From the sequence record PQ657772.1: a DNA stretch of 64,000 bases. One strand, given 5' to 3'. The notes under the pieces were generated by a model. That model had not been told where the DNA came from and did no database searches. It was given only the letters and a program-made list of their open reading frames with translations. Position 1 is the stretch's first letter; every line of letters starts with the position of its first letter. Shown here in pieces: positions 54,679 to 63,370 of the stretch. The translations under genes were made by a program, and so were the position numbers.

Positions 54679-54952
54679 TCTCCAACTCCAGTAAATTTAC
54701 ACCAATCCAATCAACATCACTATCAGTACTTAATTCCAATCGTAGCTTACCGCTATGACTAACAATATCGCGGAATTTGTATATTTTATTATCACGAACT
54801 ATACACAAATCATGGTAATATTCATGTAATTCATCCAAAAACTTTATCCATACCGAACGATAGATTTCACCGTAGAGATATTCTCCAGCATCAACCGTAG
54901 CGTATTGGATATACAAAAATTTGTATGTGAATTGTATATCATTAAGATTCAT
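54641..54952 (-). CDS. tandem-array paralogue (Q.TY family)
   Basis: MNLNDIQFTYKFLY. Confidence 0.7.
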   Translation of the reverse strand: MNLNDIQFTYKFLYIQYATVDAGEYLYGEIYRSVWIKFLDELHEYYHDLCIVRDNKIYKFRDIVSHSGKLRLELSTDSDVDWIGVNLLELENEKQLKGNTSIL

Positions 54953-54962
54953 ATGTCAATCC

Positions 54963-55274
54963 TTATAGGTCTGTCAACTTCAAAACTTTGATCTCCATAA
55001 ATTCCCTATCAGTTTTTTCAAGAAATTCAACATGGATAATACCTTGATAAGATTTTACACCTGAATATTCAAATATGTCATCTCCATCAGTGTAAGTACT
55101 GTAATTCTTTTTTATATATTCAGCAATAGAATCTAAGTAATCATAGTAATTATTAATAAATGGTGATTCTTTTGATTCGACATGTTCACCAATCTTCCCA
55201 CTAAAAAGATACATGTCATACAAACCATATATATTTTTATACGTGAATTGAACATCATTCAAATTTAATTTCAA
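54963..55274 (-). CDS. tandem-array paralogue (Q.TY family)
   Basis: LNLNDVQFTYKNIY. Confidence 0.7.
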   Translation of the reverse strand: MKLNLNDVQFTYKNIYGLYDMYLFSGKIGEHVESKESPFINNYYDYLDSIAEYIKKNYSTYTDGDDIFEYSGVKSYQGIIHVEFLEKTDREFMEIKVLKLTDL

Positions 55275-55531
55275 GGGAATATCTCCAGAGGAACACTCGT
55301 AAATCCAAAATCAGTGTAGAACTGGACCTCTACTTTACCATCGAGCTTAATGATTATATCTGAAAATTCTGCATGATCGTTGTTGATCATTACAGTACTG
55401 AATTTTTCTTTAATCCTCTCACGCACAATATTAATCATTTCAATACATGTATCTTCTAAAAATATACTATTATTTTTATTTGCTAGGTCACGAATGCACT
55501 TGAATGTTAATTGGAAATCTTTATAATTCAT
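55271..55531 (-). CDS. tandem-array paralogue (Q.TY family)
   Basis: MNYKDFQLTFK. Confidence 0.7.
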   Translation of the reverse strand: MNYKDFQLTFKCIRDLANKNNSIFLEDTCIEMINIVRERIKEKFSTVMINNDHAEFSDIIIKLDGKVEVQFYTDFGFTSVPLEIFP

Positions 55532-55797
55532 ATATTCACCAAATCAACAGAGAATAAGTCGTTATCAAATTTATATGAAAGTACTAATCTACCACCAAAA
55601 CTATCGACTCTAAGTATCTTTCGTTTTTTCCCATTAATGAAAATTTCAGTATTAACAAAATACTCACGTAATTCTTCTAGGTAATTTGACCATAATTTAT
55701 GAGTAAACGCATTTTTATTAATTGTGTTAGTACTTCTATTATTGTGGTGTAATTTAAATAATTCCATATAAGTGAATTGTATATGTTTGTAATTCAT
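55528..55797 (-). CDS. tandem-array paralogue (Q.TY family)
   Basis: MNYKHIQFTYMEL. Confidence 0.7.
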   Translation of the reverse strand: MNYKHIQFTYMELFKLHHNNRSTNTINKNAFTHKLWSNYLEELREYFVNTEIFINGKKRKILRVDSFGGRLVLSYKFDNDLFSVDLVNI

Positions 55798-55809
55798 ATT
55801 TCCCCTTAC

Positions 55810-55838
55810 AAAAATAGCCCGAACTTATGTCGGGCTAT
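55810..55838 (-). terminator. intrinsic terminator
   Basis: ATAGCCCGA...TCGGGCTAT plus T run. Confidence 0.8.
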
Positions 55839-55843
55839 ATGTA

Positions 55844-56503
55844 TTATTCATCGTCATCATCGTCGTCGAGATCTAGGTAAATGTCAGCATCACCATCATC
55901 GAAGTACTCAACAACTACACCAGGAATGTTCAGTGCTGTAAACATCGCATCATATTTTTCATCAGATGGGATAAGAACAAACTCATCAATGCTTTGAATT
56001 TCAGGCATACGATCTTCAGGAATACCCATTTGCAACAAGGATTGGATGATTTTTTCCTTGTATTCTTGGAACTTCTCTTCTGATTCGAAATCCATAATAA
56101 GTTGTGCTACATAACCATCTTCGTTACCAAATGCGATTGACATTTGTGCATCAGTACCGACATATGACCATGTACGCTTGCCAGTATTTTTCTCAATGAA
56201 GTTCTGAATTTCAAGAACGATTTCATGACGAGAACTATTGGCAATGTTGTTAAGGTTAGCAACACCAGCAATAATTTCTGAACTGTCATTGGATTCTTCG
56301 AATGTGCCATAGTCACCTAATACATATTGAACACCATCACAATGTAATGCATATGCATAATCCAAATCAGCAAGTGAATCACACTTACCACGGATTGGGC
56401 GTAGGGAAAGCCCTAGGCGAAGATAACGAAAGTATGTATTAGTATTTGTATTTGTCAACGTAATGCTCCTTAACAATATAAAAGTAGTTGCTGTTGTTGT
56501 CAA
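55844..56503 (-). CDS. acidic hypothetical protein
   Basis: Asp-rich tail; start uncertain. Confidence 0.65.
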   Translation of the reverse strand: MTTTATTFILLRSITLTNTNTNTYFRYLRLGLSLRPIRGKCDSLADLDYAYALHCDGVQYVLGDYGTFEESNDSSEIIAGVANLNNIANSSRHEIVLEIQNFIEKNTGKRTWSYVGTDAQMSIAFGNEDGYVAQLIMDFESEEKFQEYKEKIIQSLLQMGIPEDRMPEIQSIDEFVLIPSDEKYDAMFTALNIPGVVVEYFDDGDADIYLDLDDDDDDE

Positions 56504-56747
56504 AAAAGATGACTAATCCTTTGTAGACATTTACACCAATCTTGATTTGGCATATTTTATTCGATTTACAAGCCTCAGTCAATAACATTTTGTGCTCTTT
56601 ACTGAAAGTGTGGAAGAGTGGTTTTACATGCCACATCTCCACACCATCTAGTACTGGAAAATGTTCACTGAATTTGATCATTGATTCTTGCAAAAAATAA
56701 CCTGTTAGATTCGAATCATCAGACATGTAAGTTCGCCAGGAAGTCAA
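56439..56747 (-). CDS. hypothetical protein
   Basis: Likely start MSDDS. Confidence 0.55.
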   Translation of the reverse strand: MTSWRTYMSDDSNLTGYFLQESMIKFSEHFPVLDGVEMWHVKPLFHTFSKEHKMLLTEACKSNKICQIKIGVNVYKGLVIFFDNNSNYFYIVKEHYVDKYKY

Positions 56748-57012
56748 TTACTTCGTCATGTGTTAACTTATCACTACGCTCTAGAACATTGATGATGAAT
56801 GGTGTTTGACTATATAATTCAGCCAGAAACGCAACTTCATCAGATGTATAAGAATATCCCATAGGAACAACTTGTGCAGTCCAGTTTCCTAAAGTTTTGT
56901 TTGCAATGATTGCAACCACCGTATTACCTTTGAATTCAACATGGATTGAACGGAAACCCGAATCCTCATTCTGATCCCAAAGTACTGGGTTAGTTTTAAA
57001 CAGTACTGACAT
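56719..57012 (-). CDS. hypothetical protein
   Basis: GAGGA SD; tiles. Confidence 0.65.
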   Translation of the reverse strand: MSVLFKTNPVLWDQNEDSGFRSIHVEFKGNTVVAIIANKTLGNWTAQVVPMGYSYTSDEVAFLAELYSQTPFIINVLERSDKLTHDEVIDFLANLHV

Positions 57013-57014
57013 AG

Positions 57015-57548
57015 TTATTTCCTCATGTATTTTATTACATCTTCAAATAGTTTAGTTTTCAGTGCATCATCATTACCAGGTAGAAAAGTACTGAAGCTAT
57101 TAAAATCTTCATTTTTGGCAAACTCACGCATCTGTGTGGAACTGTAGCGACTTACATTTCGGTCAATTCCAGCTTGAACTGCCTTGATTGAACAAAAATT
57201 ATATAACTTCCCATTGTACGTGTCAAGTGTTTTTTGGAATGGTTCAAGTCTATCTGAACCACATATGAAAAGAACATCTAAGTACTTTCCATCCAGTTCT
57301 CTCATTATATCAAACAGATTATCTTCTGTATAGATATTTTCTTGTACAGATGGGTAAAATCCTTCTGTATAGTACATTTTCAGTTCAGGAGGTAATGGGT
57401 TTTTGACGGCATCAGTACTGGTACTAAGGAATATTTTCAAATCAGCATTGTACTGTTCTTGTAGTGCTTGAGCTTTTTCAAACACTAAACCATGACCTCG
57501 ATGTACAGGGTTAATTCTTCCGAATGTCACTACGCATGTTTCTTTCAT
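57015..57548 (-). CDS. cytidylyltransferase/NMN adenylyltransferase-like (HxGH) protein
   Basis: FGRINPVHRGH, KNPL, CGSDR, SST.MR. Confidence 0.88.
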   Translation of the reverse strand: MKETCVVTFGRINPVHRGHGLVFEKAQALQEQYNADLKIFLSTSTDAVKNPLPPELKMYYTEGFYPSVQENIYTEDNLFDIMRELDGKYLDVLFICGSDRLEPFQKTLDTYNGKLYNFCSIKAVQAGIDRNVSRYSSTQMREFAKNEDFNSFSTFLPGNDDALKTKLFEDVIKYMRK

Positions 57549-58069
57549 ATGTTCTTCATCACCTGACCAATAGATTTAAGATGGTTGATTTTAGCTGGAG
57601 TCAAATACTTATCCAGTACTATTAAACAACTAGGGAATGGAGCACTGTCAGTCTTTTTATCTGGTTCTTCAGGGATACCGAACTTTAAGCGACCTTTTAT
57701 AAAACAAATACAATCACAAACTTTCGCAGCATAATCCTGAAAGGCTATAGTATCAGTTCTTGATGGTACGAGAATCAGTACTGTAGCACCTTTGTTATAT
57801 GCATCAACTGCCTTAGATAACCACGTTTTCAAATCACTGTACGGTGGGTTGAGCCACACGATATTGTTTCCCCAGTCCTGTTCAAGTGAATTGTCTTCTG
57901 GTGTAAAGAACTTATCACACAATGCAGTTTCTTTGACACACGCTGCATCTAGTGTAAATTCCCAGAGTTCATCCAAATCTTCAAAGAAATCCTTTGGAGT
58001 AGTCCAGTTATCTTTTCCAGTACTGAAATGTACTGATTGTTTTTTCTTCGAAGCATCCTTCTTCGACAT
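57545..58069 (-). CDS. phage-type DNA N6-adenine methyltransferase
   Basis: W.TP..FF..L...F.LD, WLNPPYS, LVPSRTDT, FIKGRLKF, APFPS. Confidence 0.9.
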   Translation of the reverse strand: MSKKDASKKKQSVHFSTGKDNWTTPKDFFEDLDELWEFTLDAACVKETALCDKFFTPEDNSLEQDWGNNIVWLNPPYSDLKTWLSKAVDAYNKGATVLILVPSRTDTIAFQDYAAKVCDCICFIKGRLKFGIPEEPDKKTDSAPFPSCLIVLDKYLTPAKINHLKSIGQVMKNI

Positions 58070-58085
58070 ACATAATTTCCTTTGA

Positions 58086-58682
58086 TTATAGACAGTTAAG
58101 TACTATGTCATCAAAAGTACTACTGTCAATGTTGTATTCATATAAAAATTTAAAATGTGATCCATAACGCATCATCAGATTAAACTCTTCTTCAGTATTA
58201 AATTTGTAATCATGAAGAGTTTCAAGGGTACATGTTAAACCTAAAAACTCAATAATTTCTGATGTTACATCATTTCCTGAATTGAAGTATTTAACCCAAA
58301 CACATTTTCCTTGTGGGTTGAATTTTCTATATTCTCCTTCTAGTTCTCCATTGACGATATGTGCTTTCGCACTGATTAGATTATTACTATAACGCTCTTC
58401 GTAGTAGTTCCCATAACGAGCTTTAAGAATTGTAGGCTTCTTGGTTGGGAATAACTTAATGGAAGTTAATTCAAAACCGCACTGCAACTCTTTGATGTAC
58501 GAAATACATCCCTTTTCTTTAATCACAACAAAACCAGTAAAATTCTCTTGGTCTTGGTTCTGATTGTCTGAATCAACAAATTCTAGTGTTTTATAAGTGA
58601 CGCTTTTAGATTTTTTAATAAATGACATCATTATTCCTATGGAAACATCAATGACTGTACATGGCGTTGACTTCATCAACAC
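58086..58682 (-). CDS. MORN-variant repeat protein with EE.F motif
   Basis: NGELEGEYRKFNPQG; true start probably MSFIKK. Confidence 0.7.
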   Translation of the reverse strand: MLMKSTPCTVIDVSIGIMMSFIKKSKSVTYKTLEFVDSDNQNQDQENFTGFVVIKEKGCISYIKELQCGFELTSIKLFPTKKPTILKARYGNYYEERYSNNLISAKAHIVNGELEGEYRKFNPQGKCVWVKYFNSGNDVTSEIIEFLGLTCTLETLHDYKFNTEEEFNLMMRYGSHFKFLYEYNIDSSTFDDIVLNCL

Positions 58683-58689
58683 CAGTCGA

Positions 58690-58718
58690 ATTATACACGC
58701 TTCGCATGTCTAATTCAA
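58690..58718 (-). promoter_or_regulatory. sigma70-type promoter TTGAAT-N17-TATAAT downstream of element B
   Basis: Read directly. Confidence 0.6.
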
Positions 58719-58748
58719 CGAAAGTACTATGATTTGTTTTAATTAATA

Positions 58749-59280
58749 TTGACGGGGTTTGCTTGAGCATATTTCATCCCCCCGCAGGGGAAAGAACAAA
58801 AAAAGTTTGACGCTGGTGGCCTTCACATAGTTCATATCACGAATTCTCTTACGAGGCGAAAGCGGGTTGCTCTGTTTCTCTCTATCGCGGTTCTTGTAGC
58901 AACGGTCGTCGGTCTTAAACATCCCGACACATAATACAAATACCATATGACCAGTACTTGTATTTGATTTCACGAATTTTGGACGCAACTATATTGTATA
59001 AATTACGACCGCAAATTTCTCATGAAATCTCCCTTAGATAATTGGTAAGGTGCGATCCTTATATGTCTATCGAGGAACTCTCTTTATCCTATTGGAGTTC
59101 TTTATACAGCCGCATTGCCGTGAGTGGTTCAAACTATGCCATCATCTAACGGGTTTCATTTGCTGTTCGTACTGAAAGGACTACTCATCTACCCTCTACT
59201 TTTCGAGTGGATTAGGCTTTAATCATTTCCATATGGAACCTTTCAGGATTAAAAAAAGGCGACAACATATTCTGCTGTCA
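58749..59280 (-). ncRNA. putative large structured ncRNA, copy B (homologue of 6398-6966)
   Basis: Same conserved blocks in the same order; covariation with copy A; promoter at 59287-59314. Confidence 0.7.
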
Positions 59281-59282
59281 CC
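59251..59282 (-). terminator. terminator-like hairpin at the 5' end of element B
   Basis: GGTGACAGCA-GAATA-TGTTGTCGCC followed by T7. Confidence 0.65.
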
Positions 59283-59286
59283 TTAC

Positions 59287-59314
59287 ATTATATCATAAAC
59301 TTATGGTCTGTCTC
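59287..59314 (-). promoter_or_regulatory. promoter GAGACA-N13-TGA-TATAAT upstream of element B
   Basis: Read directly. Confidence 0.75.
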
Positions 59315-60161
59315 AGTTGTATTCTGTTTTTTCAGTGAAATTAGTTAAGATATCTGCACTTAAGCTTCTCATAACCTCAATCTTACTTGGCATGAACCTG
59401 TGCTTGTTTTTTACATACAACTCATCATCTTCAATGAAAGATGTGAACATGAATACCATATCTTCACGTGGAATTGAGAGAATATTACAGTTTTCATTTT
59501 CAGCAACAGGGGAATCATTGTAGTACTTAGAGAATGCAGTACTTTGACGACCGATTATGATAGAATTTCGGATTAGAAAATTACTACAGTACTGAAAATC
59601 TTTGTAGTACTTGTCAAGGATATATGGCATTATCGCTTCTTTCACTTCTTCATATCCATTGGTACTATCAATTTCAGTACAATAATCTTCTCGGTCTTTT
59701 TTCCCTCGATGATTATCAAACTCGTACTCAAAGAATAAATTTTCATTTAATGAATCATTTGAACCAACTGATCCACTATAGTATGATTTTCTATCATTCA
59801 TTCGATCATCCGGGCATGATGCATACATAGAAATGTCATGTGTTGACGTACCGATATAAATTTTCTTAGTAATGTGATTGTACGCGATGTAATCATAATC
59901 TTGTACTCCAGTTAGCATTAACTGGAACATCAATTCATCAGGAACATCAATTAACGGGTACTCAAACTTCGAATATCTACTACGACAGAAATTCTTTTCA
60001 AATGCTCGATATGCGATGAAATCTTTTAGGTTTGTAATAGATTCATGCTCATGTGTACTACTGGTGCGTACATTGACATTAGTAGACGAGCAATACCCTT
60101 CAGATTCTTCTGCGTAGTCATAATAACCCTTACTGTAGTCAACGATTAGATAAAGTTTCAT
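59313..60161 (-). CDS. hypothetical protein (FQL motif family)
   Basis: PDELMFQLMLTG. Confidence 0.75.
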   Translation of the reverse strand: MKLYLIVDYSKGYYDYAEESEGYCSSTNVNVRTSSTHEHESITNLKDFIAYRAFEKNFCRSRYSKFEYPLIDVPDELMFQLMLTGVQDYDYIAYNHITKKIYIGTSTHDISMYASCPDDRMNDRKSYYSGSVGSNDSLNENLFFEYEFDNHRGKKDREDYCTEIDSTNGYEEVKEAIMPYILDKYYKDFQYCSNFLIRNSIIIGRQSTAFSKYYNDSPVAENENCNILSIPREDMVFMFTSFIEDDELYVKNKHRFMPSKIEVMRSLSADILTNFTEKTEYN

Positions 60162-60173
60162 ATATCTCCAGAC

Positions 60174-60205
60174 AAAAAAAGGACGAGATATTATATCCCG
60201 TCCTT
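60174..60205 (-). terminator. intrinsic terminator
   Basis: AAAGGACGGGA...TCTCGTCCTTT plus T run. Confidence 0.8.
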
Positions 60206-60212
60206 TGGTTTA

Positions 60213-60518
60213 TTAGTGGCTTGCCCAGCAGTAAACAGGACGTAGATTTTCCATTGGGTTTACTTCAGGCTTCAGTACTGTAACACGAACTTCATACGGA
60301 GTACCATCTGCATGATGGAACGTTTCGTAATGAATACTCTCAATGAAGGTTTCATATTCTTCTTGAGAACGTGAACGAACTGATGGGGAATATTTCTTTT
60401 TGGTATCTGATTTTAGTGTAACACTTACTAGTTCTGATTCTTCACCATTTTCAAGTTTATTGAAATCGAACTCTGGTACACCTTCAAACATATCAAATTT
60501 CATTCCGTTGTCTTCCAT
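60213..60518 (-). CDS. acidic hypothetical protein
   Basis: GGA SD; ETF.H.DG....VTV.KP. Confidence 0.7.
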   Translation of the reverse strand: MEDNGMKFDMFEGVPEFDFNKLENGEESELVSVTLKSDTKKKYSPSVRSRSQEEYETFIESIHYETFHHADGTPYEVRVTVLKPEVNPMENLRPVYCWASH

Positions 60519-60569
60519 TTTAAATTCCTTTTTATATAATGTTAGTTAGATAGTTTTTAATAAATCAGA

Positions 60570-60956
60570 TTAGATTACGTCATACGGTAGAGTACCGTGA
60601 CGGAATTTATCAAGTTGTGCAAGAACTTCTTTACGTTCGACAATCTCTGGCACATCTTCTTGCAGTTGGTCACATACTTCAACGATGAAATCCCAATCGC
60701 TCTCACAACTCACACGTACTGCTTCAATTGTTTTCCAATCAGCACTAATTTCACCTTCAGGATTTACATACGAAGGCCATACCTTTCCATAGTCTTGTAC
60801 TGATTTGTCGTTAAGAACACGAATAGCATTGAAAATCTGTCCAGTACTGAAGTGTTTAGTATTCTTCATGTCTTCTAAGCAACATAGCTTAGGTTCACCC
60901 TGGACTTCAATCAGAAGTACACCACCAATAGCTTTTAGAACAGAACTTGTATTCAT
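60570..60956 (-). CDS. hypothetical protein
   Basis: GGAGA SD. Confidence 0.7.
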   Translation of the reverse strand: MNTSSVLKAIGGVLLIEVQGEPKLCCLEDMKNTKHFSTGQIFNAIRVLNDKSVQDYGKVWPSYVNPEGEISADWKTIEAVRVSCESDWDFIVEVCDQLQEDVPEIVERKEVLAQLDKFRHGTLPYDVI

Positions 60957-60989
60957 CTATATCTCCATTTATCAAAAAAAGATGTGAAC

Positions 60990-61017
60990 ATTATATCACA
61001 AGGAATTGTCATGTCCA
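60990..61017 (-). promoter_or_regulatory. promoter TGGACA-N13-TGA-TATAAT overlapping a terminator-like hairpin
   Basis: Read directly. Confidence 0.7.
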
Positions 61018-61027
61018 CAATATTTTA

Positions 61028-61321
61028 TCAAATAGTCAAACTTTCGTGCCAGTTATTGAAATCGTTAATAGCCAGCATGAACATATTCTCATCATTAAAT
61101 TCTAGAATATGTTCATTGTATAAGTAGCTAATGTACTTATTACTACAATGTTTGCTATTCATAATTAGCATTTCAACTGCACGTTCATACGAACATGGGC
61201 TGAGATACAATTTTGTTCCATCAGGATGCTCAATCTCCACTGCACCAGGTGGAATAAAACGTTCACCAGTATAAGGGATATACGGCTCTGTTTTGAAAAT
61301 AAGTTTGAATTTAGTATCCAT
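61028..61321 (-). CDS. hypothetical protein
   Basis: GGAGGA SD; NDENMFMLAI. Confidence 0.7.
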   Translation of the reverse strand: MDTKFKLIFKTEPYIPYTGERFIPPGAVEIEHPDGTKLYLSPCSYERAVEMLIMNSKHCSNKYISYLYNEHILEFNDENMFMLAINDFNNWHESLTI

Positions 61322-61337
61322 ACCAAATCCTCCATAA

Positions 61338-62186
61338 TTACATTGTTTCTTTTATGTTGCGTAACATAGTATTAACTATGTTCATCTTCCCGCCTAACTT
61401 GAAGTAATATTCCAATTTATTAATAATATTACTTTTTAATATCTCAAATATTTGATATTCATTTGTTTCGAAACCAAGTTCGAATTGGAAAGTATATAAA
61501 TTGTTGAATAGATGTACCAACGATGCATCAGGTGATTCCATTGTAAATGTGTAGTTGGTACGATAACCAGTACTAATCACCACTTCCGATGATTCACCTT
61601 TCATGAATATGTCAATATTATACATCATTGGGCGACCAGTTGCAATATCTTTCATTCGGAAGAATGCAGTACTACGATACACAACACCATCTTCGGTAAC
61701 CTTTTCTTGTATAGTGATATTTGAAACTTCACTCTCTTTGAATTTGGATTCGAATGAATGAATACGATTTGATTTTTCATCATCCGTATACATAGTGCAT
61801 GTATATTTTCCAAAATCATCTCTAGATGTATATGATTTATCGCTGGCGGTTTTATAAAACGAAACCCCATTGATGTGTTCTTCTTTGTACATCATTGTGT
61901 CATTGGATTTGTAGTATGAACAATTAGGTGTTGAAAGAGATTCAAAATTGTTCACATCATGACAGTAAGAAATAGAAGAATCGCTATACAGTACTACATC
62001 ACGAATTGCAACTTCTTTTGAAGTACCTTTTTTGACAGAAATTTGAAAGTCATTGCATGGGAAGATTCTATATCCATCGTATGTATCTGATGTACTGATA
62101 CCAAATGGTGTTGGGGAATTCAGAAATTCGTTGATATGTTCAAGTACTGAATACTTTTTGAAATTACGAAAATCTGTTGTATCCAT
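61338..62186 (-). CDS. hypothetical protein
   Basis: GGAG SD; 282 aa. Confidence 0.75.
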   Translation of the reverse strand: MDTTDFRNFKKYSVLEHINEFLNSPTPFGISTSDTYDGYRIFPCNDFQISVKKGTSKEVAIRDVVLYSDSSISYCHDVNNFESLSTPNCSYYKSNDTMMYKEEHINGVSFYKTASDKSYTSRDDFGKYTCTMYTDDEKSNRIHSFESKFKESEVSNITIQEKVTEDGVVYRSTAFFRMKDIATGRPMMYNIDIFMKGESSEVVISTGYRTNYTFTMESPDASLVHLFNNLYTFQFELGFETNEYQIFEILKSNIINKLEYYFKLGGKMNIVNTMLRNIKETM

Positions 62187-62219
62187 AGTAATACAATCTC
62201 CTAAATTTCGGACAAAAAA

Positions 62220-62351
62220 TTAGTCGAGAATAAATCTCGACTTGTGTTTTACTTTACCATTCTTCATTGCTTTTTTACGGTCCACATGTGTTTGAGGTTT
62301 ATTAAACTCATTCATATGCTTTTGTACAAAGTTGTTTACATTTTTAGCCAT
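62220..62351 (-). CDS. small basic phage protein (43 aa)
   Basis: Manual translation MAKNVNNFVQKHMNEFNKPQTHVDRKKAMKNGKVKHK...; stop lies within a terminator hairpin. Confidence 0.7.
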   Translation of the reverse strand: MAKNVNNFVQKHMNEFNKPQTHVDRKKAMKNGKVKHKSRFILD

Positions 62352-62353
62352 AC

Positions 62354-62827
62354 TTACTCCAAATCGGGATCTTTAACTGTTAGGCTTTCAATATCACTTG
62401 CGTAAAGAACTACATTAGTTTGTGTCTCTGATACTTTAAAATCATGATAACTATCTTTCACTTTAAAATTATCCAAAATAAACCCTTTACTACAACACAT
62501 CATGATTTTATCATCTTTGATAGTGTATGTATTCTTTTTCTTACGTACTTCAGATTGTGGGGTAATATTATCATTGTTACGAATAACACAATCAATGTAC
62601 TCGTCATTTGTACTCATAGGCATACCCATGATAAACGAATTACTAGTACTGATTGTTAGTATGAAAACATTAGTATTTGGATTGTGAAAGAAGTCGTGCA
62701 TAGTTTTACTGCATAAAAACAAGCACTGAATTATGTCCTTTACATTGAACATTATATCATGAACTTTGAATGCGTCCAACTCTAAAATGTCATCTATCTT
62801 TCCATTCTCAACAGTTTTAATCTCCAT
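62354..62827 (-). CDS. hypothetical protein
   Basis: AGGA SD. Confidence 0.7.
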   Translation of the reverse strand: MEIKTVENGKIDDILELDAFKVHDIMFNVKDIIQCLFLCSKTMHDFFHNPNTNVFILTISTSNSFIMGMPMSTNDEYIDCVIRNNDNITPQSEVRKKKNTYTIKDDKIMMCCSKGFILDNFKVKDSYHDFKVSETQTNVVLYASDIESLTVKDPDLE

Positions 62828-62869
62828 GATCTATCCTTGATCTTCAAAGGCACTCCATGTGCACATATA

Positions 62870-63370
62870 TTAGGTCACAGCTTTGTATTTCTCCATTGCT
62901 TCGGTGATATTCAATACTGCTTGCGGTACGTCACTTTTGTTGTATGCAGTGGTTAGTTTTTCCATGTTATTGAGAAGACTTAGAAACAATGGAAGTACTT
63001 CTGCATTGTCACTGAAGTTACAATCATTGACAGTACTCAATTGGAATAACTCACCTGCATCAACATTGAGTGTGTTGTATTCTTTAACAATGTTTTCTTC
63101 AGTATTGAAGATGTAGAATACAGTCCCCATGTGGTGTAAGTATACACCAGTATCATTCTGAATATGACATGGGGTGATTACAATTGCTGTGTTATCAATA
63201 TTATTTACTATTGTCAAACGCAGACTATGTAACCCAAAGATTACAGTACAATCCTTTGTGCTGTGTTGGATCTGGTCACTAGTAAAGGAAGACCCACTAG
63301 AAGTTTTAGACCCATTTAGTATTTCTTTGATAATTTTAAATGAATACTTCATCGAATTAGTTAAAAGCAT
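62870..63370 (-). CDS. hypothetical protein (FQL motif family)
   Basis: DAGELFQLSTVN. Confidence 0.7.
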   Translation of the reverse strand: MLLTNSMKYSFKIIKEILNGSKTSSGSSFTSDQIQHSTKDCTVIFGLHSLRLTIVNNIDNTAIVITPCHIQNDTGVYLHHMGTVFYIFNTEENIVKEYNTLNVDAGELFQLSTVNDCNFSDNAEVLPLFLSLLNNMEKLTTAYNKSDVPQAVLNITEAMEKYKAVT

